DNA of 63,873 nucleotides, the filler included, from Octopus bimaculoides (lineage: Eukaryota), in assembly GCF_001194135.2 (NCBI RefSeq). It is 5 parts of 3 records of this genome, joined end to end, with 100 filler letters (N's around TTAATTAATTAA, not from the genome) between each part and the next. Parts side by side here need not be neighbours in the genome. Positions count along the whole stretch, not along the records: positions 62,703 to 63,873 come from NC_068982.1; 4 more parts are not named here. One strand, given 5' to 3'. Below, piece by piece: positions 63,872-63,873 of this stretch. Each line of letters begins with the position of its first letter. Positions within the stretch are counted from its first letter, which is position 1. Position numbers and translations under genes: made by a program. The notes beneath the pieces are model-generated. The model made no database searches. It was not told the origin of the DNA and saw only the letters and a program-made list of their open reading frames with translations.

Positions 63872-63873
63872 TA

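Overview
Repeat-dominated, AT-rich eukaryotic (animal) genomic DNA from a draft assembly with about 22 N-gap sites. The repeat families and microsatellite load look like an octopus/coleoid cephalopod; this is inference from remembered families, not a database result. No intact protein-coding gene, rRNA, true tRNA gene or CRISPR array is supportable. Nearly all ORF-track entries come from microsatellites, gaps or transposon fossils. Contents: (i) over 30 copies or fragments of three groups of tRNA-derived SINEs (my labels A, B, C), several nested or with TSDs; (ii) decayed autonomous elements recognised by manual translation: Penelope-like RT, Helitron PIF1-like helicase, two Tc1 copies, two mariner deletion derivatives sharing one breakpoint, hAT, RTE, CR1-group and two R4/Dong-like LINEs inside a (TAA)n tract; (iii) many microsatellites. 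The most interesting signals are a dispersed repeat family carrying minimal hammerhead-ribozyme-like motifs, a 45-bp-TIR element carrying microsatellites, a degenerate minisatellite built around RFX X-box-like palindromes, several unexplained inverted repeats, and an unclassified 225-bp gap-free repeat. A few exon-like segments are flagged at low confidence only.
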